A DNA stretch of 64,000 bases, taken from assembly GCF_006345805.1 (NCBI RefSeq), contig NC_043013.1:5518001-5582000 (forward strand), in the 5' to 3' direction. Positions 38,805 to 51,700 of the stretch are shown here, one piece after another; positions within the stretch are counted from its first letter, which is position 1; each line of letters opens with the position of its first letter. The stretch is from Octopus sinensis (Eukaryota). The notes below the pieces were generated by a model. It was not told the origin of the DNA. It was given only the letters and a program-made list of their open reading frames with translations, and made no database searches. The position numbers and the translations under genes are program-made.

Positions 38805-38850
38805 ATTTCAGTACCGGTTTCGGTCATTTTGAGACCTTTTCAACTGTAAC
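38805..38850 (-). ncRNA. Minimal type-I hammerhead ribozyme motif, U3-A8 core variant
   Basis: Minus strand GUUACAG-UUGAAAA-GGUC(UCAAAAU)GACC-GAAAC-CG-GUA-CUGAAAU. Perfect 4 bp stem II, palindromic stem III ACCGGU, GUA triplet, and the C3-G8 core pair replaced by U3-A8. Confidence 0.72.
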
Positions 38851-38984
38851 GATTAAATAATTAAATTTAGAGAAATTAGAAGAAAAGTTTTTTTAAAGGA
38901 ATATTTCTATAGTAGTGTTCAGATATAAGTGGCATTCTGCCTTTCTCTGACTCCCTTGTTTGCACTATATATATATATAAAGTG

Positions 38985-39255
38985 AGGGTGTGTGGCCTAG
39001 TGGTTAGGCTGTTGCATTCATGATTGCTAGACTGTGTGTTCGATTCCCTGACAGGGTGGCATGTTATGTTCTTGAGCAAAACACTTCATTTCATGTTGCT
39101 CTAGTCACCCTTTCGATCAGGGGTGAGGAATGTTGGCCTGCTAGCCTAGCCAGCAGGGTGGCGTCATTTGAAGGCTAAAACAATGCAAAAGCACATTGTG
39201 ACCAGCGACGTGTAACAGCATCTAATAGCCTGGTTGGTCATCTGATCATGTGATA
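38985..39255 (+). mobile_element. SINE family C variant
   Basis: GTGTGGCCTAGTGGTTAGG...GTTCGATTCCC...TTGAGCAAAACACTTCATTTCA. Confidence 0.75.
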
Positions 39256-39283
39256 TATATATATGTATGTACATATATATATA

Positions 39284-39314
<31 letters not shown>

Positions 39315-39953
39315 ATAAAAGAGATGAGGACCGAATTAAAGTTTGTCTACGTCTACAATTTTTTCTTTCCTTATACTTCATTTATATATTTATATACATA
39401 CATACACACACACACACACAAAATATTGGGTTTTAGTTCACAGGGTATCTAAACGACTAGGTACGCTAGGAAGGTGCTGTAACAGATTACTAGGGCTACA
39501 AGGTTTATAGCCGAGACAGTAGTTATGGAACCATTGTAACTTTCCGATATATATATGTATATATATATCACTCTATCACTATCACTTTGTCTCTGTCTCT
39601 CTCCCTTTTTCTCTTTGTCTCTCATTCTCTCTCCCCCCTCTCTCTCTGTTTTCCTCATCTCCACATAGAAGTCAAGGTCACACAGCATTAGGCTATTCAC
39701 TCCTTGCAGCAATTAAACTTAATAGACCTTCCTACTAATTAAGTGTTGTTAACTGACACAGATCTTCACCAGTTTCCTTGGATTTCAGGATTGTGTCCTA
39801 GAAAACATGTGAGATAGCCATGACTGGACTGCGTTTAGCCATTGGTCTGCTCAGTCTCTACTGTTTGGGGAATAAACAACATTAACCCACTTCCAATCAA
39901 GCAGGTTTCATTTCTCTGACACCAAGAGAAGCTGTTGTTGCTGCAATATATAT

Positions 39954-39954
<1 letters not shown>

Positions 39955-39991
<37 letters not shown>

Positions 39992-40110
39992 TTAGCGTCT
40001 GCTTTCCATGCTGGCATGGGTTGGACGGTGCAACTGGGGTCTGTGAAGCCAGGAGGCTGCATCAGGCCCAGTCTGATCTGGCAGTGTTTCTACGGCTGGA
40101 TGCCCTTCCT
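39955..40110 (-). mobile_element. RTE-tail element
   Basis: (CAT)n TTTAGCGTCTGCTTTCCATGCTGGCATGGGTTGGACGG. Confidence 0.8.
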
Positions 40111-40819
40111 CAGGAAAAGGACTGTTATTGGTCCTGCTAACGGGGAAACTGAACACGGATCCCTACCTCCAGCCTCAGCTGTGAACTTGGAACCTAACGG
40201 ATGACCAATTATTGCACTTACTCAGCGTACCTATTTGTTTAGATCAACGGTGAACTAAACCCCTCATATTCTATGTATATATTTCAAAAGTTAGACAGAG
40301 AAGGGAGAAATAGATGAAACCGGGTGAAAACATAATGGACAGAAAAGTGAGACAAAAACGCACTACAAGAAACATTTGCATCTGATTTTCTCATCAGTTG
40401 GTTTCCGAGACATCTTAGTGGTTTCATGCTTTTTAAAATCTAGACTAGTGTTATCTACGAGAGAACCAGAGCATAGAGCTACAGGGAAAGGTTGACAAAT
40501 GTGTACGAGGACAGGACAAAATAACATTGTATGTACAATAAGAAATAACAACAAGATATAACAGGCAAGGAATGGTACATATACAATAGAAAATGTGTTA
40601 TGGCTGTACAATAAGCAAATGGAGTAATTATATGTATACAGTACTAAAACAATACAATACAAATAGAAAAAAACCTTTTCAGCTATCAAGACAGTCGTAG
40701 TGAGGTAGCGCAAAGAAATGGAAAAATCCTTGACGGACAGAATAAAAATTTGTCTGGTTTGGTCAATAGCAGGCCAAAGTATATATATGTATATGTATGT
40801 TATATATATATATGAAGTG

Positions 40820-41248
40820 AGTTCATGGCTCACAGGACGGCCTGCTGTGCTAACCTTGGAACATAGGGTGACCTGCTGTGCTTGAGGAGACCTATTGAGT
40901 CAAGTACATCAACGTCAAAATAAAATCCAAATGGAAATTGGCACGTAAAACGCACCATCCAAACGTGGCTGATGCCAGCGCCACCTTGACTGGTGTCCGT
41001 ACAGGTGACACATAAAAAGCACCAACCAATTGTGGCCGTTGCCAGCCTTCTCTGACCCCTGTGCCGGTGGCACATAAAAAGCACCTACTATACTCATGAA
41101 GTGGTTGGCGTTAGGAAGGGCATCCAGCTGTAGAAGCACTGCCAGATCAGACTGGAGCCTGGTGCAGCCTCCTAGCTTCCCAGACCCCAGTTGAACCGTC
41201 CAACCCATGCTAGCATGGAAAACGGATGTTAAACGATGATGATGATAT
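40820..41248 (+). mobile_element. RTE-tail element
   Basis: Ends CCGTCCAACCCATGCTAGCATGGAAAACGGATGTTAAAC(GAT)n. Confidence 0.8.
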
Positions 41249-41254
41249 ATTCTT

Positions 41255-41888
41255 TTCCTTGTTTCAGTCATTTGACTGTAGCACTGCTGGAGCACCACCT
41301 TAAAGGGTTTTAGTCAAAGAAATCAACCCCAGGGCTTATTCTTTGTAAACCTAGTACTTATTCTATCAGTTGCTTTTGCTAACTGCTAAGTTGCAGGAAT
41401 GTAAGCACTCCAATATTGGTGGTGGTGGTGGGGGGGCACAAACACAGACGCAAAGACATTCACACAAATATATATTTGTGTGTATATCTTTGTGTCTGTG
41501 TTTGTCTTTTATCTTTTAGTTGTTCTAGTCATTAGAATGTGGCCATGCTGGAGTACTTCCTTGAAAAATTTTTAGTCAATTAAATCAATTCCAGTACTTA
41601 ATTTTTTAAATCCTGGTACTTATTCTATCAGTCTCTTTTACCAAGCCACTAATTCACAGGGACATAAACACACCAACACCAGTTGTGAAGCAGTAGCAGG
41701 AGACAAACAGACACACACACACACTCACACACACAATGGGCTTCTTTCTGTCAACCAAATTCATTCACAAGGTTTTGGTTGGCTTGGGGCTACAGTAGAA
41801 GACACTTGCCCAAAATTCCACGATGTGGGACTGAACCCAGAACCACGTGGTTGAGTAACAAGCTTCTTACCACACAGCTATATCTGTG
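41255..41888 (-). mobile_element. Two adjacent diverged SINE family A copies
   Basis: Tails at 41255 and 41515, head at ~41885. Confidence 0.75.
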
Positions 41889-42487
41889 CCAAAACACATG
41901 CGCATACACACACATATACACACTATCATAATGAACACTGACATATATATGCCTCACCACACACAGACATACATTTTCTCACAGACATACATTCTCATAC
42001 ATTTACATGCACACACATACCCATCTTTTCACATATTCCTACTCACATGAACACACACACACACACACACACACATCTAAAATGCTAAAATACGTCTTTC
42101 TGTTTAAATTGATATAAAACAAACAGAAATAGATTTGATTTGACATTCAAAGTGTTTTATTTCCCTCCAAAATCAATATTGGTTTTCTCAATTAATGAGA
42201 TATTTTAGGTCAAGTGTTATACTTAATTATCATTACAAGATCTTCAGTCAGGAAGGAAATACAGTGTCCTTGACCCTTTTTCAGGACCTTTAGTTGCAGG
42301 TAATGGTGGGTGGAAGAATTCCTTAAACCAGTTACACAACCCTACTGCTTCCAGCAGAATGCACTATTCTTCTAGAATAGTACTTCTCAACCATACTTCA
42401 CCTATAGATCCCTTTGATTTTTAAATTTTACTCAACTGGACCCTCATAGCCATTTGATGTTCAAGAAATCCCCTTATATTTTTATAG

Positions 42488-42832
42488 TGTGGTGAGAAGC
42501 TTGCTTCCCAACCACATGGTTCTGGGTTCAGTCCCACTGCATGGCAACTTGGGCAAGTGCTTTCTACTTTAGCTAAAGCCTTGTGAGTGTATTTGATACA
42601 TGGAAACTGAAGGAAGCCCATCATGTGTGTGTGTGTACATTTATATATATATATATATTTGTGTATGTGTCTGTTTGTTTCCCTGCCATCACTTGACAAC
42701 CAATGGTGTGTTTATGTCCCTGTAACTTAGTGGTTCAGCAATAGAGACCAATAGAATAAATCCTGGGGTTGATTTCTTCTACTAAATCCCTTGAAGGCAG
42801 TGCTCCAGCTAGGACTGAAACAAATAAAAGAA
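42488..42832 (+). mobile_element. SINE family A, diverged
   Basis: GTGTGGTGAGAAGCTTGCTTCCCAACCACATGG...GGACTGAAACAAATAAAAG. Confidence 0.75.
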
Positions 42833-43412
42833 CAAAAAATATTAGGAATTGTGTGTGTAACAAAATATTTTTGTAAAAATATTTTGTATGTTGTTGAAAT
42901 ATAACCTATTTCTTGGTTGCAAATTTTAACAGCAAAAGCTTACATGGACCCTCAAAGGTCATATGGACCCTAGTTGAGAACCCAAGGGCCATGTGGTGAT
43001 GCAAACCAGAAACATGACCCAACAGTTGCAACAGAATGGACTATTCCACAAAAGGCACCTGAGGGCCAGGTGTTGGTGTTAAAATGCAGACACATGACCC
43101 AAATACTTGAAACAGAATGGACTTTTCTGCTAAAGGTACCCAAGAGCCTATCATCCAAGTAAGCCTTGGCAGGATTTGAACTTGGGACATAAAGAGTTGG
43201 AACGAATGCCATAAGACAACTTGTACAATACTCTAACAGACCCCATATTAGCCTGGGGCTTTTTTGACCTCTGAAAGATAAAAGGTAAAGTTGACCTCAG
43301 TGGGGTTTGAACTCAGAATGAAGTGAACCAGAGTAAAAGCTACAAAGAATTTCATCTGATACTCTAATAATTCTGTCATTCATTGCACATTTTAAGTTAA
43401 CATGAAACTATA

Positions 43413-43565
43413 TTTGGTCCAGTTGGACTGCTTTACTTAGTCCACTGTGCTTGGACCTCTTGGTTCACTGTACTTGATCCACCGTACTTGGTCCACTGTG
43501 CTAGGTCCTCTGTACTTTGTCCCCTGTATTTTGTCCTCTGTATTTCATTCTCTGTATTTTGTTCA
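43413..43565. repeat. ~15 bp degenerate tandem repeat
   Basis: Recurring TACTTGGTCCACTG-like unit. Confidence 0.65.
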
Positions 43566-43711
43566 CAGTCACAATAAACATTATGACAGGTTCTGCAGAC
43601 GGAAATACCTTAAAAGCAATGGGAATTCAAGAATTTGAAGAATTGTTGACTTTGTTAGTGAAGATGTTGTTGTTGTTGCTTAACCCAGTCCTGATTAAGC
43701 ATATTTTTTTT

Positions 43712-44030
43712 GTGAAGGCGCATGGCTCAGTGGTTAGAGCATGGAGCTTACGATCGTGAGGTTATGAGTTCGAGTCCTGGACCAGGCTGCATATACTTCA
43801 TTTCACGTTGCTCCAGTTCACTCAGCTATAGAAATGAGTTGCGATGTCATTGGTGCCAAGCTGTATTGACCTTTGTCTTTCCCTTGGATAACACTGGTGG
43901 CGTGGAGAGGGGAGGCTGGTATGCATGGGTGACTGCTGGTCTTTCATAAACAACCTTGCCTGGACTTGTGCCTGGGAGGGTAACTTTCTAGGTGCAATCC
44001 CATGGTCTGTCTCGTGACTGAAGGGGGTCT
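43712..44030 (+). mobile_element. SINE family C variant
   Basis: GAAGGCGCATGGCTCAGTGGTTAGAGC (A box) ... GAGTTCGAGTCC (B box). Confidence 0.85.
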
Positions 44031-44469
44031 CAGCATTAAGCAGTTTTAATGATTAAAGGCTTTCTCCCCATGACCATCCTGTTTTCCCCTGAAATCTAAT
44101 AAAGCAAAAAAACTCAGGACCACCCACAGTATCCAACTTATTATTTTCTTAGACAGTACTAAGATGATAATGTAATTTGGTACTTAATTTATTGACCTTG
44201 AAAGGATGAAAGGCAAAGTCAACCTCAGCAGAATTTGAACTCAGGACGTAAAGACAGATGAAATACTGCTGAGCATTTCACCCAGCGTGCTAACATTTCT
44301 ATTAGCTCGCCGCCTTCTGGCTTTTATTTCTAGCAATGACTTGTGGTGGTAGTAGTGGTAGTCATACCAGTGATAATTGTAATGTTTCAATAATAATGAT
44401 GACACTGATGATGATGATGATGATGATAACGATGACGGAAATGCGATTTTTTTCAAGTGAGTTGATCTG

Positions 44470-44680
44470 AGACATCATTATCATCATCATCATCATCATC
44501 CATTAATGTCTGTATTCCATACTGGCATGGGTTGGACGGTTTGACCAGAGCTGGTAAGCTGGAGAGCTGCACCTGGTTCCAGTCTTATTTGGCTTGGTTT
44601 CTATGGCTGGATGCCCTTCCTAATGCCAACCACTTTACAGAGTGTACTGGGTGCTTTTAATGTGGCACCAGCATCAAAAA
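44470..44680 (-). mobile_element. RTE-tail element
   Basis: (CAT)n CCATTAATGTCTGTATTCCATACTGGCATGGGTTGGACGG. Confidence 0.75.
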
Positions 44681-45339
44681 CAGTTCCATCCATGAAGTAA
44701 CCATTTAAACCTTTAGTGTTTAAAGCAGCCAGGCCTAGCCTTTCACACCAATCCTACAATGTCATTTTTAAAATCTCAAGGCTCTAAGATTAATTTAAAA
44801 CAATGTGAATAAATATGCATTGCATTTAACAGAATAAATCTGAATGTTAAACTCCCAGAAATTGCTACATTCACTTTCTATACCTTTCTTTTAAGATTTC
44901 TGTCTATTATGAAGTGCCAAAAAGTTTCCTCAGACATCTATAACCTGATCATTGACACACCTTCACTCCATGCTGGGCATATGGTCAACTGTGTAAGGTA
45001 TCAGGTTGTGGAAGTGTGATGGAACTTTCCAAGACTTCAGAGAAGAAAGTATGATTAATAAATGAATGAAAAGTGAATTTAACAGTTTTTGCGTGTTTTC
45101 GCTTGGTTTATAGGATTCTTCCATGATGTAACCGTTTATATGTGTAAATAGCTGTGTGTCTTTGCATGTAGCTATGTATGTGTACATGTACCACATAAAG
45201 CTATGTCTGTCTGTGTGTCCACTATTGCCTTCGTCTTGTTAGTAGCTACTACTTCCCACCATACCTGGACACAAGAAAGTATTGTCACACACACACACAC
45301 ACAAACCAACTAAGCCACAATACACACACTCAACACAGG

Positions 45340-45370
<31 letters not shown>

Positions 45371-45469
45371 TACAGAGTTAGATACTATCTGTCTTTGTGG
45401 CCGATAGACAGACAGACAGACGGATAGATAGATAGACCTCTTTTCTTTCTCCCCCTCTCTGTCTCTCTA

Positions 45470-45521
45470 TATATGTATATATACACACACACACACTCGC
45501 ACAATATATATATAGTTATAC

Positions 45522-45569
<48 letters not shown>

Positions 45570-45571
45570 GC

Positions 45572-45604
<33 letters not shown>

Positions 45605-46130
45605 ATATATATATATACACATATATACATACATATGTATATACATATGTATATATATATACACATATATACATACATATGTATATACATATGTATATAT
45701 ATATATACACATATATACATACATATGTATATACATATGTATATATATATATACATATATATATATATGCATATATATATATACATATATACATACACAT
45801 ATATGTATATATATATATACATATATATATATGCACACACACATAAAGGGGGAGAAATGCACATACATACATTCACACGTATCATAGTGACAGAAAGACA
45901 ATGAGTGAAAACACACACACACACATATCTGGCACCAGGCTTCTTTTATGTTTTCTGTATTATTAAATTTCATATAGTAATTAGTTTTTATTCATTGATT
46001 TCTATAGTACATGTATGTATATGTGTATATGGATGTGTATATGTGTATATGGATGTGTATATGTGTATATGGATGTGTATATGTGTATATGGATGTGTAT
46101 ATGTGTATATGGATGTGTATATGTACGAAT
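45470..46130. repeat. (TA/CA)n array and 20 bp tandem repeat
   Basis: Visible directly; (TGTGTATATGGATGTGTATA)n at ~46020-46125. Confidence 0.9.
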
Positions 46131-46414
46131 AAACGTGTGTGCACGCTTACACCTACACACGCTGCACGTATGCTACCATCTTCATTTCTTAAGCCAGTTC
46201 TTTACAAATCATTCGATGATTTTGTTTCTGTTGTTGTTGTTCTTATTCTTATTCTTCTTCACTTTCCTTCTTCACTTTCCTTCTTCACTTTCCTTCTTTG
46301 CTCTCATTCTTTCCTGCATTTCATTCTTCCTTGCTCTTCTTCTGTCCTTCTTCTCCATTCTTCATTCTGTTCTATAACGTCTCTGTTTGTTACTTTCAAA
46401 CGAAATCATTGCGG

Positions 46415-46790
46415 GCATTGTTGTTGTTGTTGCTGTTGTTGTTGTTGCTGCTGCTGCTCTTCTTCTTCTTCGTCTTCTTCGTCTTTTTCTTCTTCTTCTT
46501 CATCGTCTTGTTCTTTGTCTTGTTGTTCTTCTTCTTCGTCTTGTTGTTGTTGTTCTTCTTCTTCGTCTTCTTCTTCCTATTCTTCTTCGTCTTCGTCTTC
46601 TTCTTCGTCTTCTTTTTCCTCTTCTTCTTCTTCTTCTTCGTCTTCTTCGTCTTCTTTTTCCTCTTCTTCTTCTTCGTCTTCGTCTTCTTCTTCCTATTCT
46701 TCTTTGTCTTCTTCGTCTTCGTCTTCTTCTCCTCCTCATCCTCCTTCTTCCTCTCCACCTCCTTCCTCTCCACCTCTTCCTTCTTGTGTC
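46415..46790. repeat. (GTT)n/(CTT)n pyrimidine-rich array
   Basis: Visible directly. Confidence 0.92.
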
Positions 46791-47544
46791 CTCCTTAGGA
46801 GTGAATTAGATTCTTTTTTCTCCAAATAGAAATCTCAGAGGCAACAAGTAGCTGGAACAAAGCTGTCAATCAATATAAATGTGTGTATATGTGCAAATCT
46901 GTGTATGTATGTATGCGTGTGTGTGTGTAGGGGGGGGTTGTATGTATGGTTGTATGCATGCATATGTGTAATTGTATGAGTAGCTGTCTAACTGTATATG
47001 GTTGTAGTAGTGTCTTCGTGGCCATGTGTATGTTGGCTGTGCATATGTTTTTATGTAACCATATACGTGCTCATTTGTACCACGTGCGCGCGTGTGTGTG
47101 TGTGTGTGAAGAAACCATTCCTGCTAGCTAATAACCTGATTATCATTATAATGGTAACGATAATGTAGGCAGGTCAGTTCCTGCTATCTGTTCGAGAGGT
47201 AATTGGAGATATTTCATTAATATTGCTAATGGGTGTGTCAATTACAACCACCACTGCCACCACCACCACCCTCACAACCACTGTTGCTGCCACCAGCTCC
47301 CTAATATACCATCACACATTCATTATCTTTTTCTATTTTTCTTTCTAAAAGATTCTGCATGATGTTTTGTTGTGTATTGAATATATACACACACACATCT
47401 CTCTCTTTCTCTGTGTGTGTGTGTGTGTGTGTAATCATGTATGTCTATATAATCATATATGTATATATAGTCCTATAAATACACACACACACACACACAC
47501 ACATACATATGTCATATACATATATATGCATTTATGCATATATG

Positions 47545-47810
47545 TGAAGGCACATGGCTCAATGGTTAGAATGTTGGGCTTGTGATCATGAGGTTGTGAG
47601 TTCAATTTCTGGACTGGGCTTTAATATTGTTCCAGTTCACTGAGCTGTATCAACCTTTGCCTTTCCCTTGGATAACATCAGTGACATGGAGAAGGGGAGG
47701 CTGGTATGCATGACCAACTATTGGTCTTCCAAAACAAGCTTACCTGGACTTGTGCCTTGCAGGAGAACTTTTTAGGTGCAATCCCTTGGTCATCTGTGAC
47801 CGAAGGGGTC
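47545..47810 (+). mobile_element. SINE family C variant, CpG-decayed
   Basis: GAAGGCACATGGCTCAATGGTTAGAATG head; body aligns with 43712-44030. Confidence 0.8.
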
Positions 47811-48002
47811 TTTTTTTTTATTACTACTTTTTATATATATATTCATACAAACATATTATATATACATATAGACACACACACATATACATACATACAAATC
47901 GTAATTATATCTGTGGGGCAGCTGAAGATGGAGGTATGTTGAATTGTTGGTATGACTGCTCTTGTATGTGAGGAAGAGTATTATAACACATCCTTATATA
48001 TA

Positions 48003-48047
<45 letters not shown>

Positions 48048-49339
48048 GATTAAAATAGCCTCATTAAGGGACAGTAATATCCTAATAACCAATGAATTAC
48101 TGTTTCATTGCCTAACATTTTTTTGCATCAACATGTATAGCCACTCTTGAAAACACTGATAAAAATAAAGTCTTATATTGCAATTGATGAGGTAGATACA
48201 AAACAAGAAATCCATTTTATAATGAAACAAACTGATAAACTGCAAACAGTTTACCAAAATACAAATAGCAATGTTTCCCTGGTCAATATTTAGTATGATG
48301 CACCTTTACTAATACAGCAACACTTTCCTTTCAGCTGTGACCCTATCCCTTCTTATCACCCCCTTATCCCCCATTCCACTCTTTTTGTGTGTTTTTTTTT
48401 CTATTCAGTCTCCTTACCAGCAACCCACATTTAGCTGCATATCTGTCTCTCTCTCTCCCGTCACGCTCATTCCTACTTTCTTTCTTACTCTGCTTCTCTC
48501 TGTGTGATCAATCTTTCATGTTGCCGAGGACATGGCCCCATCTAGTGCTGGTGCTATGACAACATGCATCCAGTATGCTCTTTAAAATGGTTGATGTTAG
48601 GAAAGGCATCCCATTGAAGAAATAATGCCAAAAATGAGACATAAGATGGATATGTGGTCACCTGACTCATCTAGAAGGGTAGCAATTCCAAATAAGAATT
48701 GAATGAGATCATGGCAATCTGTCCAACCCATGCCTGTTTGGTAGGTGGACATAAAATCATTTCATATCTATCACCCTAGCTGGCATGTGTTGGATGTTTC
48801 TATAGGATCCAATAAGTTAGAAGTGTGCTTTGGCATGGTTTCAAAAGCTGGGTGCCCTTCCAAACACCAACTATTCAGTGTACTGAGTGCTTTGTTTCTG
48901 TGGTACCAGCACTAGTAAGGTTGCCTTTGTAATTCACAACACTAAAACCCCCCAAGACCGAGACAATGACAACAATAACAACTGGTTTGAATTAAAAACA
49001 GGATAAATTTCTGATGATAGAGACACACAAATCAGATACAACATTGAACTGATAAGATAACCAATAGATCAATCAGTGGGAAAGAAAATTCAACAGTTAT
49101 ATAGCATTTAGGAACATGAGGGGGTAGTTATATATAGTTTAGAGAAATATAACAACTGACAGAAGGAGGTAGTGGTGATCATGATGGAGCCTGTGTTGAT
49201 GATGATGATATATGGGGGTTACACTTGTTTGATCTGAGACCTTGTTCTTTTAAACAAATTTAGGAACTCATAGAAAATGCTATATTCGCTCTCTATAATA
49301 ACAATCGACGGAAGGAGGAACAGGACATTTTGTGACATC

Positions 49340-49720
49340 AGATAGAACATGTAGAGAGCATTCTTCTCTATTCAGCTGAAACACAAACTATGAAGAAGGA
49401 GTTTCAAAATTGCCTTGGTGATATGTAAGCCAGGCTCATCACAAAGAGGGTTCAAAACATCTCCCAGTGTGAGCAATGTCAAAGCAAAGATTTATGGATA
49501 CATTCTACCCATCCTTATTACTCTTGGTAAATGAAGGGTAGGCTTTGGTGGCCAATGCTGTCATACTGAATAACAAGGGGTGTCAGATATTGTATTCTGG
49601 AGACTTCTGTACTGTATCAGGGAACAAAGACCACTAAACTAATTGTTGTTATTGTCAGAGACATACGACAAGGAATTGAGGATCTACCAATGCTAATGGG
49701 TAGACAGATATTCAGATATT
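49340..49720 (+). pseudogene. Decayed RTE-clade LINE C-terminal fragment, distinct lineage
   Basis: VESILLYSAETQTM at 49351, RVGFGGQC (cf. RLRFAGHC) and IEDLPMLM at 49675, broken by stops and frameshifts. Confidence 0.65.
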
Positions 49721-50100
49721 CCTGACACAGTATTGTGAGATGCCTCTTAGCTGTAGCTGGTTGAAGAAGAAGGTGGAGGAGGTAGGACATGAAAACAATC
49801 AATTACAATTTGAAGAAACAGGATACATTATGAGCTGGTAAAATGCCAGTAGATTAAACTCATTGTAAAAAAAATGTACAGTAGCAGAATAGCATTGGTT
49901 AGCGACACCAGATAGGTCGAACAAAATAATGAATTGACCAATGGTGAACAAAACAGCCGATGAACTGATGCCAACTGGAAAGCAGTTTAGAGTAACGGAT
50001 ACAGCTGACCAATGGAAACAAAGCCACCAATGAACTGACCAATAAAACCTATCAGCATGGCAGTAATTTATGCTATAGATACAGTGTGTGCCAAGTAAAA

Positions 50101-51425
50101 CATCATCATCATCATCGTTTAACGTCCGCTTTCCATGCTAGCATGGGTTGGACGGTTCAACTGGGGTCTGGCAAGCCCGAAGGCTGCACCAGGCCAGTCA
50201 GATCTGGCAGTGTTTCTACAGCTGGATGCCCTTCCTAACGCCAACCACTCCGAGAGTGTAGTGGGTGATTTTATGTGCCACCGACACAGGTGCCAGACGA
50301 GGCTGGCAGACGGCCACGCTCGGATGGTGTTTTTTATGTGCCACCGACACAGGTGCCAGACGAGGCTGGCTGACGGCCACGCTCGGATGGTGTTTTCTTA
50401 TGTGTCACCGACACAGGTGCCAGACGGGGTTGGCGGACGGCCACGCTCGGATGGTGTTTGTTATGTGCCCTCAGCACGGAGGCCAGTCGTTGCGGTACTG
50501 GCTACGATCACGTTCGGATGGTTTTCTTATGTGCCACCGGCACTGGTACCACAAGGATACAAATTCCATTGATGTTCATCTATTTTGATTTGGTTCGATT
50601 TGATTTGATTTGATTTGATTCGATTCTCACTTGCCTCAACAGGTCTTCACAAGTGTCACAAGAAGGAAGGTATGCACAGGTGGACTGACTACGTCCCAGG
50701 TAGGGGCCACGGATTATGGCTTCACTAGTCTTGCCGGGTCTTCTCACGCACAGCATACTTCCATAGGTCTCGGTCTCTAGTCATTTCCATGGTGAGACCT
50801 AACGTCCGAAGGTCGTGCTTCACCACCTTGTCCCAGGTTTTCCTGGGTCTACCTCTTCCACGGGTTCCCTCAACTGCTAGGGATTGGCACTTTCTCACAC
50901 ACCTATCTTCATCCATTCTCGCCACATGACCATACCAGCGCAATCGTCTCTCTTGCACACAACAACTGATGCTTCTTAGGTACAACATTTCTCTCAAGGT
51001 ACTAACGCTCTGTCGAGTAAGTACACTGACATTACACATCCATCGGAGCATACTGGCTTCGTTCCTCACAAGCTTACGCATGTCCTCAGCAGTCACGGCC
51101 CATGTTTCACTGCCATGTAGCATAGCTGTTCGTACACATGCATCATACAGTCTGCCTTTTACTCTGAGCGAGAGGCCTTTAGTCACCAGCAGAGGTAAGA
51201 GCTCCCTAAACTTTGCCCAGGCTATTCTTATTCTAGCAGTTACACTTTCAGCGCACCCGCCCCCACTACAGACTTGGTCACCTAGATAGCAGAAGCTATC
51301 AACTACTTCTAGTTTTTCCCCCCGGAAAGTGACGGAAGTTGTTTTCTGCAGATTTTCGGAGGTCAATGCTCCCGAGCATCTGCCACATACAAAAACTATC
51401 TTCCCAGTTAGCCTACCTTTGACAT
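50101..51425 (-). mobile_element. 5'-truncated RTE-clade LINE: C-terminal ORF, 3' UTR and (GAT)n tail
   Basis: Stop-free frame 51423-50725 (233 aa): ...VFVCGRCSG...LEVVDSFCYLGD...RTAMLHGSETW...RRLRWYGHVARM...RGRGRPRKTW. The 3' UTR has ~62 bp tandem units (50265-50560) and ends CGGACGTTAAAC(GAT)n. Confidence 0.93.
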
Positions 51426-51429
51426 AATA

Positions 51430-51700
51430 ATAATAATCCTTTCTACAAAAAGCACAAGGCTTGAAATTTTGGGGGAGGGAACTAGTTGATTACATAGACC
51501 CCATTGTGTCACTGGTACTTAATTTATTGACCCTGAAAGGATAAAAGGTGAAGCCCACCTTGGTAAAATTTGAACTTAAAACGTAAAGACAGATGAAATA
51601 CCTATTTCTTTACTACCCACAAGGGGCTAAACACAGAGGGGACAAACAAGGACAGACAAACGGATTAAGTCGATTACATCGACCCCAGTGCGTAACTGGT
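51430..51700 (-). mobile_element. Composite SINE family B: young 3' fragment joined to an older copy
   Basis: Junction GAAATA|GGTATTTCATC (minus strand) at ~51600, the same junction type as at ~11725. Confidence 0.75.

Noticed and set aside
40360-40410. Minus-strand CUGAUGA-GA(AAA)UC-A-GAUGC...GUU
   Set aside because: GAAA box is altered at two positions and stem I does not pair. At best a very decayed copy.
43712-43790. tRNA gene
   Set aside because: A/B boxes are present but no acceptor stem closes, and the sequence continues into a SINE body. The same holds for all other tRNA-like heads.
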